Below, piece after piece: positions 33,397 through 42,286 of a stretch of DNA of 64,000 nt. Origin of the DNA: a virus (lineage: Duplodnaviria > Caudoviricetes); the IMG/VR virus record IMGVR_UViG_3300031992_000018, positions 32,001 through 96,000 of that record; one strand, 5' to 3'. Position numbers and translations under genes: made by a program. Numbering within the stretch: position 1 is the first letter of the stretch; each line of letters opens with the position of its first letter. The notes under the pieces were generated by a model that saw only the letters and a program-made list of their open reading frames with translations, was not told where the DNA came from and made no database searches.

Positions 33397-34137
33397 ATGA
33401 AGTATATTGGTAAATCTGATAAATTTTACACTCTCTGGGAAGTTAATACAGAAACCCGTACTACAATGCGTGGTGAGACTTATAGAGTTACTACTCATCA
33501 GTATATCAAGAATATTTCTTTTGATCTTGTAAAAGCTACCAATAAATATCCTAATGCAATTCTTGATACTTCTCTTCGCGGTCATTCTTCTTGGACTTCT
33601 GTAGATTATCCAAAGCCTCCAGTTGATGAATTCCATGGAGGTAAATATCGTGGAGATAAGATTGCTGAATGTACAGATTATCAATATCTCCATTGGGCTT
33701 ATGACCTTGGTTATATCATTCCTTGGGAAGCTAGAGAAATAGTTCTTGGAATTCTTGAATCACAAGGTTATAGGAAAATTAATGATACTCATATTGCTAC
33801 TCCTGAAGAAGTAGAAAGAATCGAGAAGAGTTATACTGAATGTGAAGAAGCTCAGAAAACTTTAGAAGAGTTTGGTTCTATTAAGATTGTCGCCAATAAG
33901 AATCTTGATGAATTTGGAAATTTGAGTATTGGAAATATCGAATTCAATTTTCCTAATTATAAAGAACTTGAATATGGTGGTTATTCTTATGGACTTCCTA
34001 TTGATTCTAAAGGAAAAGCTAAAAGAATTAAGAATAAGGAAATTGAAATTATTCCTGAATCTTTTAAAATGGTTATCAGTGAATATGGTTGGGGTGCAAC
34101 CCTTAATGTTGAAGTAAAAGATTTTAAAATTTTATAA
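33397..34137 (+). CDS. Hypothetical protein with GKYRG...YLHW module
   Basis: Module resembles the exonuclease C-terminus. Class E promoter at 33345-33373. Confidence 0.7.
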   Translation: MKYIGKSDKFYTLWEVNTETRTTMRGETYRVTTHQYIKNISFDLVKATNKYPNAILDTSLRGHSSWTSVDYPKPPVDEFHGGKYRGDKIAECTDYQYLHWAYDLGYIIPWEAREIVLGILESQGYRKINDTHIATPEEVERIEKSYTECEEAQKTLEEFGSIKIVANKNLDEFGNLSIGNIEFNFPNYKELEYGGYSYGLPIDSKGKAKRIKNKEIEIIPESFKMVISEYGWGATLNVEVKDFKIL

Positions 34138-34139
34138 TT

Positions 34140-34337
34140 ATGGCTTGTTTAGAAGATTATCCTATTATTGAAACTGCAATTAATTATGGTCTTAATGCTT
34201 GGGGAAAGCATGAAGCTATGGCTATTCAAATTGCAAGATTCTGGGTAGATGGTTGGCTTGAAGCTAACAAGGGTAAGGTATCTGAAGAAGATGCCAAGAT
34301 TATTCGTCGTGGAGTTGATAATTGGATTTGGCTATAA
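34140..34337 (+). CDS. Hypothetical protein
   Basis: Operon-packed ORF. Confidence 0.65.
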   Translation: MACLEDYPIIETAINYGLNAWGKHEAMAIQIARFWVDGWLEANKGKVSEEDAKIIRRGVDNWIWL

Positions 34338-34338
34338 T

Positions 34339-35064
34339 ATGGAAAAAACTCCTAAATTAATTAAAGATTGTAAAGTGGGAGATACACTTTACTATGTTAT
34401 TTTAAAAGATGGCTCTGTTGAAGATTTAATTATCCCAGTTTCTATTGAAGAAATTAAAATGGGTGATTCATTTGGTATAAAGCCGAATGTATATAAATGT
34501 AAATCTATATATGGTAGTGACACTTATGAATTTAATCATGAAAATAGTGAACAACATGACAGTCTTATTGTAGATAGTGATTATGCTTATGCAAAAGATG
34601 CTAATGGTTTTAAAAATAATTATGAAAGATTTTATACAACATATGATGGTGCTGTTGAATGGTTAATGGTAGAAATCAAATATGATATTATAAAGAAACT
34701 TAATAGGCTTGAAAAACTTGAAAGGAATAATGGAATAAAGACAAATATATTCCAAAAGAAAACTAAACAGTGTAAAATAGATTATCATCCTTATAAGAAA
34801 ATTGAAATTTATGACTGTAGTTCTTGGGAGAAACCTGAAGATATAGATAAAGCTCTTGAAAATAAGAAAATTAAAGTCTATAAAAAATTAATTGAGACTG
34901 ACTATTATGGTGATATCAAATATTCTGGTACTGAAATCTTTGTAAAAGAGTTTGATTATGTTGAAGATGCATTAGAATATATCTTTGAACATGATAAATC
35001 AAGATGGCATGGTGATCTTGATTCATGGTATGAAGGTGAAACTTATTTTATAAAAGAAGATTAA
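34339..35064 (+). CDS. Hypothetical protein
   Basis: Start reassigned to ATG 34339 to avoid overlap. Confidence 0.7.
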   Translation: MEKTPKLIKDCKVGDTLYYVILKDGSVEDLIIPVSIEEIKMGDSFGIKPNVYKCKSIYGSDTYEFNHENSEQHDSLIVDSDYAYAKDANGFKNNYERFYTTYDGAVEWLMVEIKYDIIKKLNRLEKLERNNGIKTNIFQKKTKQCKIDYHPYKKIEIYDCSSWEKPEDIDKALENKKIKVYKKLIETDYYGDIKYSGTEIFVKEFDYVEDALEYIFEHDKSRWHGDLDSWYEGETYFIKED

Positions 35065-35066
35065 AA

Positions 35067-35285
35067 ATGAAAACTTATAAATTTTATGTAGGAACATGTC
35101 CTAATAGTCCAAATTTTGAAAACTTACAAAAATGGTTTGAACATATGCAATCTATAGGATGGGAACTTATTTGTCCAGTTCATAAACAAACTAATACAAA
35201 TTATGCATCTTATGAACAAGGATATATATTTAGAAAAGAAGAAATACTATGTAAACCTAATAATATAAATGATAAAGAAGGATGA
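35067..35285 (+). CDS. DUF4177-like small protein
   Basis: MKTYKF...GWELI...YIFRKE. Confidence 0.6.
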   Translation: MKTYKFYVGTCPNSPNFENLQKWFEHMQSIGWELICPVHKQTNTNYASYEQGYIFRKEEILCKPNNINDKEG

Positions 35286-35479
35286 AACAATTTGAATATA
35301 ATATGATATCTGTACCAAATGGTACTGATGGATCAGAATTAATTAAATGTCTCAATAATGATGGTAAATTAGGTTGGGAAGTAATATCTATGATTCAATC
35401 ATCTGATAGAAGTCATTTTAATGTTTTGTTGAAACGAGAAATTTTAAATGAAAATTATATAGAAAATGAAAAGAATTGA
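35282..35479 (+). CDS. DUF4177-like small protein
   Basis: MKQFEY...LNNDGKLGWEVI...LLKRE. Confidence 0.75.
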   Translation: MKQFEYNMISVPNGTDGSELIKCLNNDGKLGWEVISMIQSSDRSHFNVLLKREILNENYIENEKN

Positions 35480-35639
35480 ATATAAAGTAGAATGGATATC
35501 AGAGAGTGGTTCATATGAATTGGAAAATAGATTACAAAAATATGGTGATGATGGTTGGGAATTAATAACCATTAGAGAACATTTTACATATATATTTAAA
35601 AGAGAAAAAATTATAAATAATAAAAAAGAGGGAATTTAA
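35466..35639 (+). CDS. DUF4177-like small protein (57 aa, not in ORF track)
   Basis: MKRIEYKV...LQKYGDDGWELI...YIFKRE. Confidence 0.75.
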   Translation: MKRIEYKVEWISESGSYELENRLQKYGDDGWELITIREHFTYIFKREKIINNKKEGI

Positions 35640-35652
35640 ATTCCCTCTTTTA
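35622..35652. terminator. Bidirectional terminator
   Basis: AAAAGAGGGAATTTAAATTCCCTCTTTT palindrome. Confidence 0.9.
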
Positions 35653-36369
35653 TTTTACTTTTTTACCAAAACTTATAAGATTATAATTTATACTTAAACC
35701 AACACCGACATAAACATCTGGTTTTTTATTAATAAATCCATAACCAACACCAATTTGTGGTCCTACACCAATACTCCATCTTGGAGTAGTTTTTGGTAAA
35801 ACAACACCTTGTACATCATTATATTTAAGATATGGATTATTTGATGTTACATATACTTTACTATCTTTAATAGCAACAGTAAGATCTGCATAAACTATAT
35901 CTTTATCAATAGTAAGACCAATATTAGGTTTATTATATTCTATAAATCCAGAAAGTATTCTCCATTTATTTGAAAAATCAAATGGATGTTTAATATAAGT
36001 AGTACTATCACTTACAACAAATGTTGTATCATGTACTGGATAAGGTACTTCAACATTTACATAAACAACTTCACTTGGTTTTGCTTTAAGTTCTTTAACT
36101 TGTTTATAAAGATCTTCATTTGTTTGTTTAAGAAGATTAATATCTCCTTCAAGAACTGTTTTTTCAGCAACTAAATCACCACTTTTAGTTTTCCATAATT
36201 GAACTTCTTCAGTTAAGGCTTTAACATTATTTTCATATATCTTTCTACTATCAATTTGATTAGTACATGATCTAAATAAGAACAATAAAGATATAACCAA
36301 TGCTAAACTTAATATAATTTGTGATTTATATTTATTCCAAAAATCTTTAATTAATTCAATAAAATTCAT
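35650..36369 (-). CDS. Membrane-anchored coiled-coil protein, spanin-like
   Basis: N-terminal TM helix, coiled coil, C-terminal Gly-rich amphipathic beta hairpin. Confidence 0.55.
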   Translation of the reverse strand: MNFIELIKDFWNKYKSQIILSLALVISLLFLFRSCTNQIDSRKIYENNVKALTEEVQLWKTKSGDLVAEKTVLEGDINLLKQTNEDLYKQVKELKAKPSEVVYVNVEVPYPVHDTTFVVSDSTTYIKHPFDFSNKWRILSGFIEYNKPNIGLTIDKDIVYADLTVAIKDSKVYVTSNNPYLKYNDVQGVVLPKTTPRWSIGVGPQIGVGYGFINKKPDVYVGVGLSINYNLISFGKKVK

Positions 36370-36388
36370 AAAATTAATAGAAAAAATA

Positions 36389-36414
36389 TATTTTTATATA
36401 GGTAATTAAAAATA
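36389..36414. promoter_or_regulatory. Overlapping divergent class L promoters
   Basis: TATTTTTATATAGG (+, 36389) and TATTTTTAATTACC (-, 36414-36401). Confidence 0.6.
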
Positions 36415-36422
36415 ATTTTTTT

Positions 36423-36881
36423 ATGTCAACTAATAATTATATAAAACATCAAGGACCTAGAAAAAATTCTAAATATCATCAAGGTGTAGTTGATCCTAAA
36501 AAGCTTAGAAAATATTTTGATTCATGTAAAAATGAACCAGTTATTTATAGAAGTGGATTAGAATATCAATTTATACAGTTTTGTGAAAATAGTCCTACAG
36601 TTGCTAAATGGGCAAGTGAAGTACTTAAGATACCTTATTATTCTCATCTTGATGGTAAAGAATGTAATTATTATCCTGATTATGTTATTGAAAATTACAA
36701 AGGAGTAAAATGCGTAGTAGAGCTTAAACCATATAATCAAACAATAAAACCAGATATGACAGATAGTAATTGGTTGAAAGAACAATGGATTAAGAATGTT
36801 GATAAATGGAATGCTGCTAAAAAATTCTGTGATGAGAATGGACTTAAATTTATGATTATAACTGAAAAATTCTTTGAATAA
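36423..36881 (+). CDS. Head completion nuclease, T4 gp4-like
   Basis: YRSGLE..F..FC...WASE...IPY...YYPD...ELKP..QT..P...KW.AA..FC...F.IITE. Confidence 0.9.
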   Translation: MSTNNYIKHQGPRKNSKYHQGVVDPKKLRKYFDSCKNEPVIYRSGLEYQFIQFCENSPTVAKWASEVLKIPYYSHLDGKECNYYPDYVIENYKGVKCVVELKPYNQTIKPDMTDSNWLKEQWIKNVDKWNAAKKFCDENGLKFMIITEKFFE

Positions 36882-36885
36882 AAAT

Positions 36886-37266
36886 ATGAAAACATTAGTA
36901 CAATATATTAAAGAAAGTAAAGACGGTAAAATATTATATAATGATATATTTAATAAATTATATAAATACCTTTTGAAATCTAATAAAGAAAATAAGAAAG
37001 GATATTCTGATAAAGAAATAGATGATTATTTTCATCAAGATTTAAACTCAGATTCATTTAAAGAAAATGAAAATAAAGTTGTTAAAGAATTATTTGAAGA
37101 ATATCCAGACATGGATTGGAGTACCAAATCCCAATTAATGGAATATATTAAAAGAAATAATAATGCTCTTTGTGCAAAAGAATTAATCGGTACAGCACTT
37201 TATCAGGCATTTGTAAAATTTGTTTATATTCATATTCAACATATAAAATATGAAGGACATGTTTAA
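36886..37266 (+). CDS. Putative internal head protein with leader MKTLVQYIKE
   Basis: ATG 36886 follows the gp4 stop and carries the leader motif. Confidence 0.6.
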   Translation: MKTLVQYIKESKDGKILYNDIFNKLYKYLLKSNKENKKGYSDKEIDDYFHQDLNSDSFKENENKVVKELFEEYPDMDWSTKSQLMEYIKRNNNALCAKELIGTALYQAFVKFVYIHIQHIKYEGHV

Positions 37267-37287
37267 ATAATTCTATATTATATATAT

Positions 37288-37986
37288 ATGGCACCATTTA
37301 AAAGACCTATAAAGAAAAAAGAAGAACAAGAAGAATTATCAAGAACCACGATAGTTAATTCAAGAAGAAACTTACGTGATTTAGATACTCATATATATAC
37401 ACCAGATGAAATTGAAAATTTCAGATTAGATGAGGCAATAAATAATAATCCATTATCACATAGACCAACTAATATTAGAAGTAAATTAGCTTATGCTGAA
37501 GTAATGAAACAATTAAAACCAACTTCTAAATATTTACTTCCAGGACAACTTGTTATTTTTGAATATCTTGAACCAAAATTTAAAGAAGATCTAGAATATT
37601 ATGACAGAACACCTTTTACTCTTTTCTTTGGTATAACAAGAACAGATGATGGTAATATTCGTGAAATTGGACTTAATCTTCATTATTATCCACCTCATAC
37701 AAGAGCAAGAATATTAAGAAAAACTTATCAAGTATTTAAACCATATTTTGATAAATATTTCAATGATCCATCACATAAACCAAATGCTATTATTTCATAT
37801 TCATCATTAAAACATTTAATGAAAGTAAATGATAAGATTGGTTTTGGTGTTAAGATGTATATTCCTGTTCTTAGAGGAAGAAGTTATGTTGTTCCTCCAA
37901 GACTTTGGCCAACTGCATTTTATACAGAAGGACACTTTAGTAAAGCTACATTACAACAGATATTTAGTTTCTGGAGACAGTTTTAA
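37288..37986 (+). CDS. DNA end protector, T4 gp2-like
   Basis: PGQLVIFEY.PK.K..LEYYD..P...GLNLHY.PP..R. Confidence 0.85.
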   Translation: MAPFKRPIKKKEEQEELSRTTIVNSRRNLRDLDTHIYTPDEIENFRLDEAINNNPLSHRPTNIRSKLAYAEVMKQLKPTSKYLLPGQLVIFEYLEPKFKEDLEYYDRTPFTLFFGITRTDDGNIREIGLNLHYYPPHTRARILRKTYQVFKPYFDKYFNDPSHKPNAIISYSSLKHLMKVNDKIGFGVKMYIPVLRGRSYVVPPRLWPTAFYTEGHFSKATLQQIFSFWRQF

Positions 37987-38042
37987 TTGAATTGATTAAA
38001 ATATAGATTCTATATTAATTAATAAATATAGAATCTTTTTTT

Positions 38043-38912
38043 ATGAGAGATTGTGTAATAGTAATTCCAGTATATAAACCTACTCTTGATTGTGTAGAAG
38101 AAATTTCTTTAAAACAACTACATAAAATTATTTATAATCCACCATTTCATATGGATGATTATAGAGATTGGGAAGAAAGAGATGTATTTCTTGTTTATCC
38201 TCAAGGAATGGATATAAGTGAATATAAAAAAATATATCCTTCTCTTAAAGAAAAAACATTTGATCCTGAATATTTTAAATCAACAGCAACATATTCACAA
38301 TTATGTATATCATATGATTTTTATAAATCATTTGATTGGTATGATTATATGTTGATATATCAACTTGACTGTTATCTTTTTAAAGATGAAATTAGTAAAT
38401 GGTGTAAAAAAGGATATGATTATGTTGGTGGTCCTATTCTTTCTACTGATTGTGGATGGAATACAATAAAAGAATCACAAAAAGGTAAGAAGTGGACTCC
38501 TTATGTTGGTAATGGTGGATTTAGCCTTAGAAAAATATCTACATTTAAAGAACTTACAGATCCTCTTGGTGAATTTAGAATAAGATATAATTTAACAGAT
38601 GATAAATTAAAGAATGTATTATTTGAAGATAAATACTTCTGTAATGATATTTATAACTTATATGAATTAGATGTACCTTCTTGGAAAGAAGCTCTTGAAT
38701 TTGGTTTAGATATGTCTGTAGATATTGTATATAATTATCTTAAATGGACTGGTGAACCTATGGGTATTCATTCTGTTGATAAGAATATCAGATGGTGGAA
38801 AAAAATAATTCCTGAGTTTATGGATCAAAAAGTCATAGATTATTGTGAAGAAAAACATAAAGAATTCTTTAAGTTATATTATGATGAAAATGATTCAACA
38901 TTAAGACAATAA
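38043..38912 (+). CDS. Glycosyltransferase-like protein (DUF5672-type)
   Basis: IVIPVYK, YMLIYQLD, YDYVGGP, VGNGGFSLRK, EDKYF. Confidence 0.8.
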   Translation: MRDCVIVIPVYKPTLDCVEEISLKQLHKIIYNPPFHMDDYRDWEERDVFLVYPQGMDISEYKKIYPSLKEKTFDPEYFKSTATYSQLCISYDFYKSFDWYDYMLIYQLDCYLFKDEISKWCKKGYDYVGGPILSTDCGWNTIKESQKGKKWTPYVGNGGFSLRKISTFKELTDPLGEFRIRYNLTDDKLKNVLFEDKYFCNDIYNLYELDVPSWKEALEFGLDMSVDIVYNYLKWTGEPMGIHSVDKNIRWWKKIIPEFMDQKVIDYCEEKHKEFFKLYYDENDSTLRQ

Positions 38913-38971
38913 TATAGATTAAATTATTATAAGTTTTATTATTATATATAATTTATAATATGTAATTAATT

Positions 38972-40003
38972 ATGAAGAAATTTTCAGATATATTTAACGA
39001 ATCTTGTGTAACAAGTGATGTAAATCAAGGTAATTCATTATCACTTGGTGTAAGTAATCATTATACACCTGTTCAGAATATTGTAACTAATGTTAGAAAT
39101 TTATTTTCTATCATAGTTCCTGTTGTTGCATCTGTTGCAGAAGATGGTGTATCAGTTAAATTAAATTCTAGTAAATTTGTAAATAAAGAAGAAATTAATA
39201 AATTACTTTATCAACCAGTATATCAATCACAATCTTTATATTCATTCATTGCTTCACAAGGACTTGATCTTGTTAAGATGGTAAATCTTGGCATGTATTT
39301 TGTTGTATATTTCTGCCCAAGAGATATTAAACAAGCAGCTCCTGGTCTTGAAGCAAATCCAGCTTCAGCTCCAGTAAAAGAACAATTCCAAGAAGAAGTT
39401 GAAATGTTTAACTTTATCAAAGAAAGTGAAGATGATGAAGAATTAAAAGATTTGACTAAAGAAAAACTCAAAGAAATTCTTGATATGAAGGATAAAGTAA
39501 AAGCTGCTAAGCAGATGGAATTACTTATTTCTAGTGAAGTAGAACTTCCAAGAGAATATTATTTTGCTGGTGTTAAAGATAAACAAGGAAATGAATCAAT
39601 TGCACTTAGATGGAAATATACAGTAAAGAGACCAAAGGGAATGAGTGCTGAAATTACAAGAAGCCTTATTAATATTTATGGTGTTGATAAAGATGGTGTA
39701 TGGGTAGGAGATTTTGATGAAGATAGTATGTTCCAACTTCCTGATGAAGTAAAGAAACTTATTGAAACAGTTCTTGATTATATTGGTGCCGAAAAAACAG
39801 ATGATCCATGTGTATATGATTTATCCGGAGAAAATAAAAAAGATAAAGAAGATAAAGAGGATAAAGATGATGAAGAAACAAAGGATAATTCTAACAAAAA
39901 TGATGGAAATAAAGAAAAAGAAAGAGAAGAAAGCAAAAAAGAAAATGATGAAGATGTAGAAGATGATAAATCTCGTGATGAAGCTGATGATTTATTAAAA
40001 TAA
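38972..40003 (+). CDS. Putative prohead core/internal protein with leader MKKFSDIFNE and acidic tail
   Basis: Leader motif, D/E/K-rich C-terminus, late-like motif at 38937-38950. Confidence 0.55.
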   Translation: MKKFSDIFNESCVTSDVNQGNSLSLGVSNHYTPVQNIVTNVRNLFSIIVPVVASVAEDGVSVKLNSSKFVNKEEINKLLYQPVYQSQSLYSFIASQGLDLVKMVNLGMYFVVYFCPRDIKQAAPGLEANPASAPVKEQFQEEVEMFNFIKESEDDEELKDLTKEKLKEILDMKDKVKAAKQMELLISSEVELPREYYFAGVKDKQGNESIALRWKYTVKRPKGMSAEITRSLINIYGVDKDGVWVGDFDEDSMFQLPDEVKKLIETVLDYIGAEKTDDPCVYDLSGENKKDKEDKEDKDDEETKDNSNKNDGNKEKEREESKKENDEDVEDDKSRDEADDLLK

Positions 40004-40021
40004 ATATATGACTATTAAAAT

Positions 40022-40261
40022 ATGAAAAATATAGTAGAATATATTAGTGAAAAGTTTAATGATATAAAATCTAAAGAAGTAAATGAACAAGATGACACTG
40101 TTTGGGTACTTAGAGATAAAGATTTAGATGGTGCAATTTTTGATGTATGTGATACAGAAGAAGATGCTAACCGTTTAAAAGAAATGAAACTTAAAGAAAA
40201 TCCTGATGCAAATTTTGAAGTAGTAACAGGAAAAAGAAGTGAATTTGTAAAAGAAAATTAA
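40022..40261 (+). CDS. Putative internal head protein with leader MKNIVEYISE
   Basis: Leader motif. Confidence 0.6.
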   Translation: MKNIVEYISEKFNDIKSKEVNEQDDTVWVLRDKDLDGAIFDVCDTEEDANRLKEMKLKENPDANFEVVTGKRSEFVKEN

Positions 40262-40274
40262 TAAATAATAAATT

Positions 40275-40565
40275 ATGAAAAATTTAACAGAATATTTAAC
40301 AGAATCATCATCTATTAATGAAGCATGGAATTCAAAATGGGATGATGTATTAGATTATCTTTTAGATGATATGGATCCAGAAGAATTAGAATCAATGAAA
40401 GAAGATGATCCTGGTGAACTTTTTGATTGGATGCAAGGACAACTTGAAGATAGTGATGATTCAACAGCAAGAAGTTTTGCTAAAGCATTATCTAAGAATG
40501 ATCCAGCTGTTATTAAACATATTCAAGATAAAGTTGATGAAATTTTAGCTGATTATGATGAATAA
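40275..40565 (+). CDS. Highly acidic putative internal head protein with leader MKNLTEYLTE
   Basis: Leader motif, about 28 D/E versus 8 K/R in 96 aa. Confidence 0.6.
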   Translation: MKNLTEYLTESSSINEAWNSKWDDVLDYLLDDMDPEELESMKEDDPGELFDWMQGQLEDSDDSTARSFAKALSKNDPAVIKHIQDKVDEILADYDE

Positions 40566-40590
40566 TAAAATATTTAAATAAATTAAAATT

Positions 40591-40630
40591 GAGGGATTCT
40601 TTTGAATTCCTCTTTTTTTATACTATATTA
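40591..40630 (+). terminator. Terminator fused to class E promoter
   Basis: GAGGGATTC-TTTT-GAATTCCTC-T7, with TTGAAT(40602)-N16-TATATT(40624). Confidence 0.75.
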
Positions 40631-40642
40631 TATATGTAATTA

Positions 40643-40969
40643 ATGAAAGATATGTCAAGAAGCTATAATAAAGTATTTACAACTGGTTTATGTTGTGGTG
40701 ATAATCGTTGGTTTTATAAAGATCGTCGGCATAAATTTGCAAATCATATAAAACATCAGCTTCGTAATTTGATAGCAAATTATGATACTGATGAAATTGA
40801 TGATATTATTGAAAAACCTAAATATATTAAACAAGATACTTGGGCTGAACCTACTGATGGACGTTTAATCTACTTTTCACTTGATAGACTTAAGGAAAGA
40901 TATAAAGATTGGGATAAAGCAAAAAGAAAACTCTATCCTAAAATAACTAAAAAATGTAATTGGAAATAA
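40643..40969 (+). CDS. Small basic protein (MSRSY.K family)
   Basis: Basic N-terminus similar to ORF 45008. Confidence 0.65.
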   Translation: MKDMSRSYNKVFTTGLCCGDNRWFYKDRRHKFANHIKHQLRNLIANYDTDEIDDIIEKPKYIKQDTWAEPTDGRLIYFSLDRLKERYKDWDKAKRKLYPKITKKCNWK

Positions 40970-40971
40970 TT

Positions 40972-41139
40972 ATGACAGAAGCAAAATTTAGAGACATTAT
41001 TTCGACAATGGTTGAGTTTGGTTGGCTTGACCCTGGAAGAGCTATTCTTGATAGAGAATATCTTAATACTCAGTTATCTCTATATATTGAGGCAGCAAAT
41101 ACTGCACGTGAAATACTTAACATGGAACCTTTAGTTTAG
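40972..41139 (+). CDS. Hypothetical protein (55 aa, not in ORF track)
   Basis: Fills the gap with phage-like codons and ends in TAG. Confidence 0.65.
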   Translation: MTEAKFRDIISTMVEFGWLDPGRAILDREYLNTQLSLYIEAANTAREILNMEPLV

Positions 41140-41151
41140 ATAAATAATATT

Positions 41152-41598
41152 ATGGATAAAGTAGTTAATGGTAAAAAGATTACTGCTGCTGTAGTAATTA
41201 TTGATAGTGAAGGAAATATTCTTGCTTGTCATGGTACTGGTAAACCTAAAGATAGTGGATATGATTTTCCTAAGGGTTGTGTAGAAGAAAAGGAAGCAGA
41301 TATTGCTGCAGCTGTTCGTGAACTTAGAGAAGAAACAGATATTTATCTTGATGATTCTTATCGACTGATTGATGCAGGAATACATCCGCATAATAAGGAA
41401 AAGAATATTCATCTATTTATTTATAAGACTAATCATTTTCCTCCTCTTGAACAGTTGAAGTGTTCTACATATTTTGAAAGATATGGTAAGCAATTTCCTG
41501 AAGTAGATTCTTATAAGATTATTTCAAAAAGTGAAAGAAGAATGTTTAATAAAGTACTTCAGAATAAATTTGAAATTATTGATAATTTTAATAAATAA
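41152..41598 (+). CDS. Nudix hydrolase
   Basis: Nudix box PKGCVEEKEADIAAAVRELREET and a PEVD motif. Confidence 0.9.
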   Translation: MDKVVNGKKITAAVVIIDSEGNILACHGTGKPKDSGYDFPKGCVEEKEADIAAAVRELREETDIYLDDSYRLIDAGIHPHNKEKNIHLFIYKTNHFPPLEQLKCSTYFERYGKQFPEVDSYKIISKSERRMFNKVLQNKFEIIDNFNK

Positions 41599-41690
41599 TG
41601 AAACACAATGTAGAAGTAGAAACATTTTTTAAAGTATTATTTCTTATTTTAAAACTTGGACTATTAGTTTATTTAATTTTCTTTTTATAA
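41598..41690 (+). CDS. Small membrane peptide (30 aa)
   Basis: TAATG-coupled start and one hydrophobic helix. Confidence 0.45.
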   Translation: MKHNVEVETFFKVLFLILKLGLLVYLIFFL

Positions 41691-41699
41691 TATATAATT

Positions 41700-42284
41700 A
41701 TGGCTTATAAAGGTGACCCTGAAAAAGATTTGATGTGTCAGTATCTTGACTGGGACAAAAACACAATGAGTCTTGAGACTCTGCTTGGTGCTATTGAAGA
41801 TGCAAGAAGGAATGCTATTAAAAATGGATATGATCCTACAAAGATTCCAGTAGTAATTAGGTTTGATAATATTAATTATGCTATTCCTTGGTATGGCGCA
41901 GGATATGGTATTGGTAGTAAAGGATTTAGTATGTTTATTGAATCTGGTAATTATCATAAAATTATGCCTATCGTTTCTGATGTTCGCCCTGAAAGCGGTG
42001 AAGGAGAATATTGGTATAGTCGTGGTCCTGGTTATCCTGATATTTCTGGCTTTGTAAAATCTAAACAAGCTGGTGAAAGGATTGATAAGATGGTATCTGA
42101 AGTCCTGATGAATAATGAACATAAGTCTTGGTTAGACTATCGTGAAACTGAGCCTACTTGGATTCAGTATAAGTTTCATAGTGATGAATTTGATATGGAG
42201 ATGCTTGATAAGCTTACTAAGGAAAACAATGGAATTATCACTAAGGAAATTATTAAGAAATGCAGTAAACTTTTTGGAATGTAA
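41700..42284 (+). CDS. Hypothetical protein
   Basis: ORF with biased codon usage. Confidence 0.75.
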   Translation: MAYKGDPEKDLMCQYLDWDKNTMSLETLLGAIEDARRNAIKNGYDPTKIPVVIRFDNINYAIPWYGAGYGIGSKGFSMFIESGNYHKIMPIVSDVRPESGEGEYWYSRGPGYPDISGFVKSKQAGERIDKMVSEVLMNNEHKSWLDYRETEPTWIQYKFHSDEFDMEMLDKLTKENNGIITKEIIKKCSKLFGM

Positions 42285-42286
42285 TT

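Noticed and set aside
36423-36881. TnsA-like transposase or mobile element
   Set aside because: Motifs and proximity to a gp2-like gene fit the T4 gp4 head completion nuclease. No TnsB/C or terminal repeats.
40972-41598. TAG at 41137-41139 is in frame with the Nudix ATG (possible readthrough fusion)
   Set aside because: One-in-three chance. The spacer looks like an ordinary A/T-rich initiation region and the Nudix domain is complete alone.
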